From Acidimicrobiales bacterium (GTDB lineage: Bacteria; Actinomycetota; Acidimicrobiia; Acidimicrobiales; Acidimicrobilacustridaceae), in the NCBI GenBank assembly GCA_037478855.1, contig JBBFLY010000005.1, positions 206-64,205 of the forward strand: a stretch of DNA of 64,000 nucleotides, in the 5' to 3' direction. The notes under the pieces are model-generated. The model saw nothing but the letters and a program-made list of their open reading frames with translations, had not been told where the DNA came from and ran no database searches. Shown in pieces: positions 61,244 through 64,000 of this stretch. Both the position numbers and the translations under genes were made by a program. The number at the start of each line of letters is the position of its first letter. Positions within the stretch are counted from its first letter, which is position 1.

Positions 61244-63247
61244 ATGTCCGAGCTGCTCATCTCCGTGATCCGAGGGATCCCGGTCGGATGCGTCTTCGCG
61301 CTCATGGCGACCGGCATCGTGCTCACCTACAAGACGTCAGGGGTGTTCAACCTGGCCTTCGGCGCGCAGGCCTTCGTCTCCGCTGCCGTCTACTACGAGC
61401 TGGTGATCCGCCGGTCGTGGCCCTCCGGCGCCGCGCTCGTGGTCGCGGTCATCGTCGTGGGTCCCATGCTCGGGCTCGTGCTGGACCGCCTCCTCTACCG
61501 CCACCTCCGCTCCGCGCGCACCCTCCCGAAGCTGGTCGTCTCGCTCGGCCTGCTGGTCGCGATCCCCCAGACCGTCAAGCTGTGGTTCGGGTCCGGGTCG
61601 GCCTTCAACCCCCCGGGTGTGATCCGCTCCGACTACGTGCTGCGCGTCGGCGAGATCAGCCTCGACACCAACCAGCTCGTCACCATCGCCATCACCGCGG
61701 CGTCGGTCGCGGTGCTCACCGTGCTGTTCCGCTCGACGAACCTCGGCCTGCAGATGCGCGCGGTGGTGGAGAGCGCCCGGATGGCGGAGCTCAACGGCGT
61801 CAACGCCGACCGTGTGGGCAGCGTCTCGTGGATGTTCTCGAGCCTGCTCGCCGCGTTGGCCGGCGTGCTCCTGGCACCGCTGTTCGCCCAGATCAGCGAG
61901 GTGCACTTCTTCACCCTGCTCGTCGCGGCGCTCGCCGCGGCCGCCTTCGGCCGTCTCTCGAGCATCCCGCTCACCCTCGCCGGCGGACTGGCGCTTGGCG
62001 TGCTCCAGGCGACGCTCGCCGGCTACCTGCCCTCCGACAGCGTCCTCGCCCAGGGCCTCCGGCCGTCGCTGCCGTTCCTCGCCCTGTTCCTCCTCCTGCT
62101 GTTCTGGCCCGGCCTCCGCCAACCCCGCGAGCTCAGCGACCCGCTCGGCGGCGTCGACCCGCCGCCACCGGCCCCACCGGCAGCGATCCGCAACCGCACC
62201 GTCGTCCTAGCCACCCGCGGCGTCGTGATCGGCTTCGTCGCCGGGGCCAGCGTCCTGGCCCTCACCACCCTCGACCCGTTCTGGACCTCGGTGGTCACCA
62301 AGGGGGTCATCCTCGGCACGATCTTCCTCTCCTTCGTGATCCTCACCGGCCTCAGCGGTCAGATCTCGCTCTGCCAGGCCACCTTCGCCGCCGTCGGCGC
62401 GTTCACGGTCGCTCGAGTGGTGGAGCTGACCGGCGTGAGCGTGCTCACCGCGCTGCTCGTCGGCGCCGCGGTCTCCGCCGCGGTCGGCGCGCTCATCGCC
62501 CTGCCCGCGATCCGCCTCGGCGGGATCCACCTCGCGCTGGCCACACTCGCCCTCGCCCTGATGTTCGAGTACGTGGTGCGCCCCCTCGACTTGGTGAGCG
62601 GCGGGTTCCACCCACCTCGGGTCCCGAGACCACAGATCGGCAGCATCGACTTCACCGACGACCGGGTCTTCTTCGTCCTCACGCTCGTCTTGGCCACGAC
62701 CGTCTCCCTGCTCGTCTGGGCCTGGAAGCGAGGGGCCACCGGGCGGACGCTCGACGCGGTCCGAGGCAGCGAGATCGCCGCGTCGTCGGTCGGCATCAAC
62801 CCGTTCGGCTCCAAGGTGCTCGCCTTCTCGCTCTCCGCGGGCATCGCGGGACTCGGCGGGGGCCTGCTCGCCTCCTTCGAGGGGCGGGTCAACTACGACG
62901 CGAACTACACCTTCTTCTTCGGCCTGGTGTGGGTGGTGCTGGTCGTCACCCTCGGCTCCCGCTCCATCCCGGCCGCCATCACCGCGGGGGTGGCCTTCAT
63001 GGCCTTCCCCCGCCTGCTCGGACTGGTCGGGCTCGATCAGTCCATGTCGCAGGCTGTGGCGTTCATCCTGTTCGGTCTCGGTGCGGTCACCTACGCGAAG
63101 CACCCCGAGGGGATCGTCGAGGCACACACCCGAGCCTCGCTCGCCTGGGCGGTGCGCAAGCTCGCGCCCGATCGACGACCGCTCGCCGGCGAGCACCCAC
63201 CCCCGGAACGCGCGGTGCGGTCGGCACACGTGGGAGCGGGACGATGA
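61244..63247 (+). CDS. Fused LivH-LivM-type branched-chain-family ABC permease
   Basis: Within track ORF 60860..63247. ATG 61244 (in frame) gives MSELLISVIRGIPVGCVFALMATGIVLTYKTSGVFNLAFGAQ (LivH-like). The second half, GQISLCQATFAAVGAF..., is LivM-like. 667 aa. Confidence 0.8.
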   Translation: MSELLISVIRGIPVGCVFALMATGIVLTYKTSGVFNLAFGAQAFVSAAVYYELVIRRSWPSGAALVVAVIVVGPMLGLVLDRLLYRHLRSARTLPKLVVSLGLLVAIPQTVKLWFGSGSAFNPPGVIRSDYVLRVGEISLDTNQLVTIAITAASVAVLTVLFRSTNLGLQMRAVVESARMAELNGVNADRVGSVSWMFSSLLAALAGVLLAPLFAQISEVHFFTLLVAALAAAAFGRLSSIPLTLAGGLALGVLQATLAGYLPSDSVLAQGLRPSLPFLALFLLLLFWPGLRQPRELSDPLGGVDPPPPAPPAAIRNRTVVLATRGVVIGFVAGASVLALTTLDPFWTSVVTKGVILGTIFLSFVILTGLSGQISLCQATFAAVGAFTVARVVELTGVSVLTALLVGAAVSAAVGALIALPAIRLGGIHLALATLALALMFEYVVRPLDLVSGGFHPPRVPRPQIGSIDFTDDRVFFVLTLVLATTVSLLVWAWKRGATGRTLDAVRGSEIAASSVGINPFGSKVLAFSLSAGIAGLGGGLLASFEGRVNYDANYTFFFGLVWVVLVVTLGSRSIPAAITAGVAFMAFPRLLGLVGLDQSMSQAVAFILFGLGAVTYAKHPEGIVEAHTRASLAWAVRKLAPDRRPLAGEHPPPERAVRSAHVGAGR

Positions 63248-64000
63248 CCGACGGGCCCGTCCCGCTGCTGGACGCCCGGGGGGTCACCAAGCGGTTCTCG
63301 GGCATCCGGGCCCTCAACAACGTCGACCTGGTGGTCGAGCGGGGCGAGATGGTCGGGCTGATCGGGCCGAACGGTGCGGGCAAGACCACCTTGTTCAACT
63401 GCCTCTACGGACTGCTCCGACCCGACGCCGGACAGGTGCGCTTCGACGGGCGCGACGTGACCACCCTCGCCACCCATCAGCGGGCCCGTCTCGGGATCAC
63501 CCGCACCTTCCAGCGGATGGAGCTGTTCGCCGGCATGTCGGTACTCGATCACCTCGTCGTGGCGAACCGATCCACCGGTCGGACGCCGAGCGTCCTCGGG
63601 GATCTGCTCGGTCGCGGCCGACCCTCCGAGGCTGTGCGTCGTCGGGCCATCGAGGTGCTCCGCCTCCTCGACCTCGAGGACCACATGAACCGCCCGATCG
63701 AGGCGCTGACCCTCGGCCAGGGTCGTCTGGTCGAGCTGGGTCGGGCGCTGATGACCGAACCCAGGCTGCTGTTCCTCGACGAGCCGTCCTCGGGGCTCGA
63801 CCGCATCGAGACCGCCGAGGTGATGAAGGTGCTGATACGGGCGCGCAACGAGCGCGGGGTCGCCATCCTGGTGGTCGAGCACGACCTGGTCATGGTTCGC
63901 GAGCTCACCGATCGCCTCTACGTCCTCGACGCGGGCTCGGTGATCGCATCGGGAGCCACCGGGGAGGTGCTCGACCACCCCGCCGTGCGCGAGGCCTACC
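63244..64000 (+). CDS. ABC-transporter ATP-binding protein (LivG type), partial; runs off the right edge
   Basis: Not in the track because there is no stop. The ATG overlaps the permease stop (ATGA). My translation: MTDGPVPLLDARGVTKRFSGIRALNNVDLVVERGEMVGLIGPNGAGKTTLFN...LLFLDEPSSGLD. Confidence 0.85.
   Translation, partial: MTDGPVPLLDARGVTKRFSGIRALNNVDLVVERGEMVGLIGPNGAGKTTLFNCLYGLLRPDAGQVRFDGRDVTTLATHQRARLGITRTFQRMELFAGMSVLDHLVVANRSTGRTPSVLGDLLGRGRPSEAVRRRAIEVLRLLDLEDHMNRPIEALTLGQGRLVELGRALMTEPRLLFLDEPSSGLDRIETAEVMKVLIRARNERGVAILVVEHDLVMVRELTDRLYVLDAGSVIASGATGEVLDHPAVREAY

Noticed and set aside
1-64000. KstR/KstR2-type steroid-regulon operators (TnnAACnnGTTnnA and AnCAAGnnCTTGnT).
   Set aside because: I did not see these motifs in the intergenic regions I read. 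The recurrent palindrome here has a different core, so I do not call this a KstR regulon despite the steroid-like gene content.

Overview
Very GC-rich, actinobacterial-type chromosomal segment, almost fully coding. About 57 protein genes can be supported. I recognised no rRNA, tRNA, CRISPR array, transposase or integrase. Most of the window is a multi-operon catabolic supercluster for CoA-thioester, lipid or steroid-like substrates. It holds 4 AMP-forming acyl-CoA ligases, a PaaK-like ligase and an ADP-forming acyl-CoA synthetase. It also holds 6 acyl-CoA dehydrogenases (two divergent short/long pairs), a fused EtfB-EtfA, 2 thiolases and an Ltp-type thiolase with a DUF35 partner. Further members are 2 crotonases, a MaoC-type hydratase, 4 SDRs, a family III CoA-transferase, 3 amidohydrolase_2 paralogues, 2 class II aldolases and a HyuB/HyuA pair with a CDGSH protein. 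At the right edge is a LivJ/HM/G-type ABC importer. The strongest signal is not a gene. A 20-bp palindrome with core TGACR-N4-YGTCA and flanks close to AACC...GGTT occurs 17 times, always intergenic at the 5' ends of these operons and often in short divergent promoter regions. Two copies lie in front of one of the two paralogous TetR genes, which suggests a large single-operator regulon. Other items are listed here.
- A cytoplasmic 1086-aa FtsK/EccC-like protein whose three P-loop domains all appear to lack a Walker A lysine.
- A 3 x 62 bp plus 2 x 24 bp tandem hairpin-repeat array carrying operator-like half-sites.
- An SDR/MDR chimeric ORF.
- A lipoprotein gene split by one in-frame TAG.
- A VapBC module with GCATC-based palindromes.
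- A PAS-GGDEF(degenerate)-EAL protein.
All calls come from reading the sequence and ORF translations by eye, with no database searches. Start codons are often uncertain because the ORF track extends many ORFs upstream through the operators.
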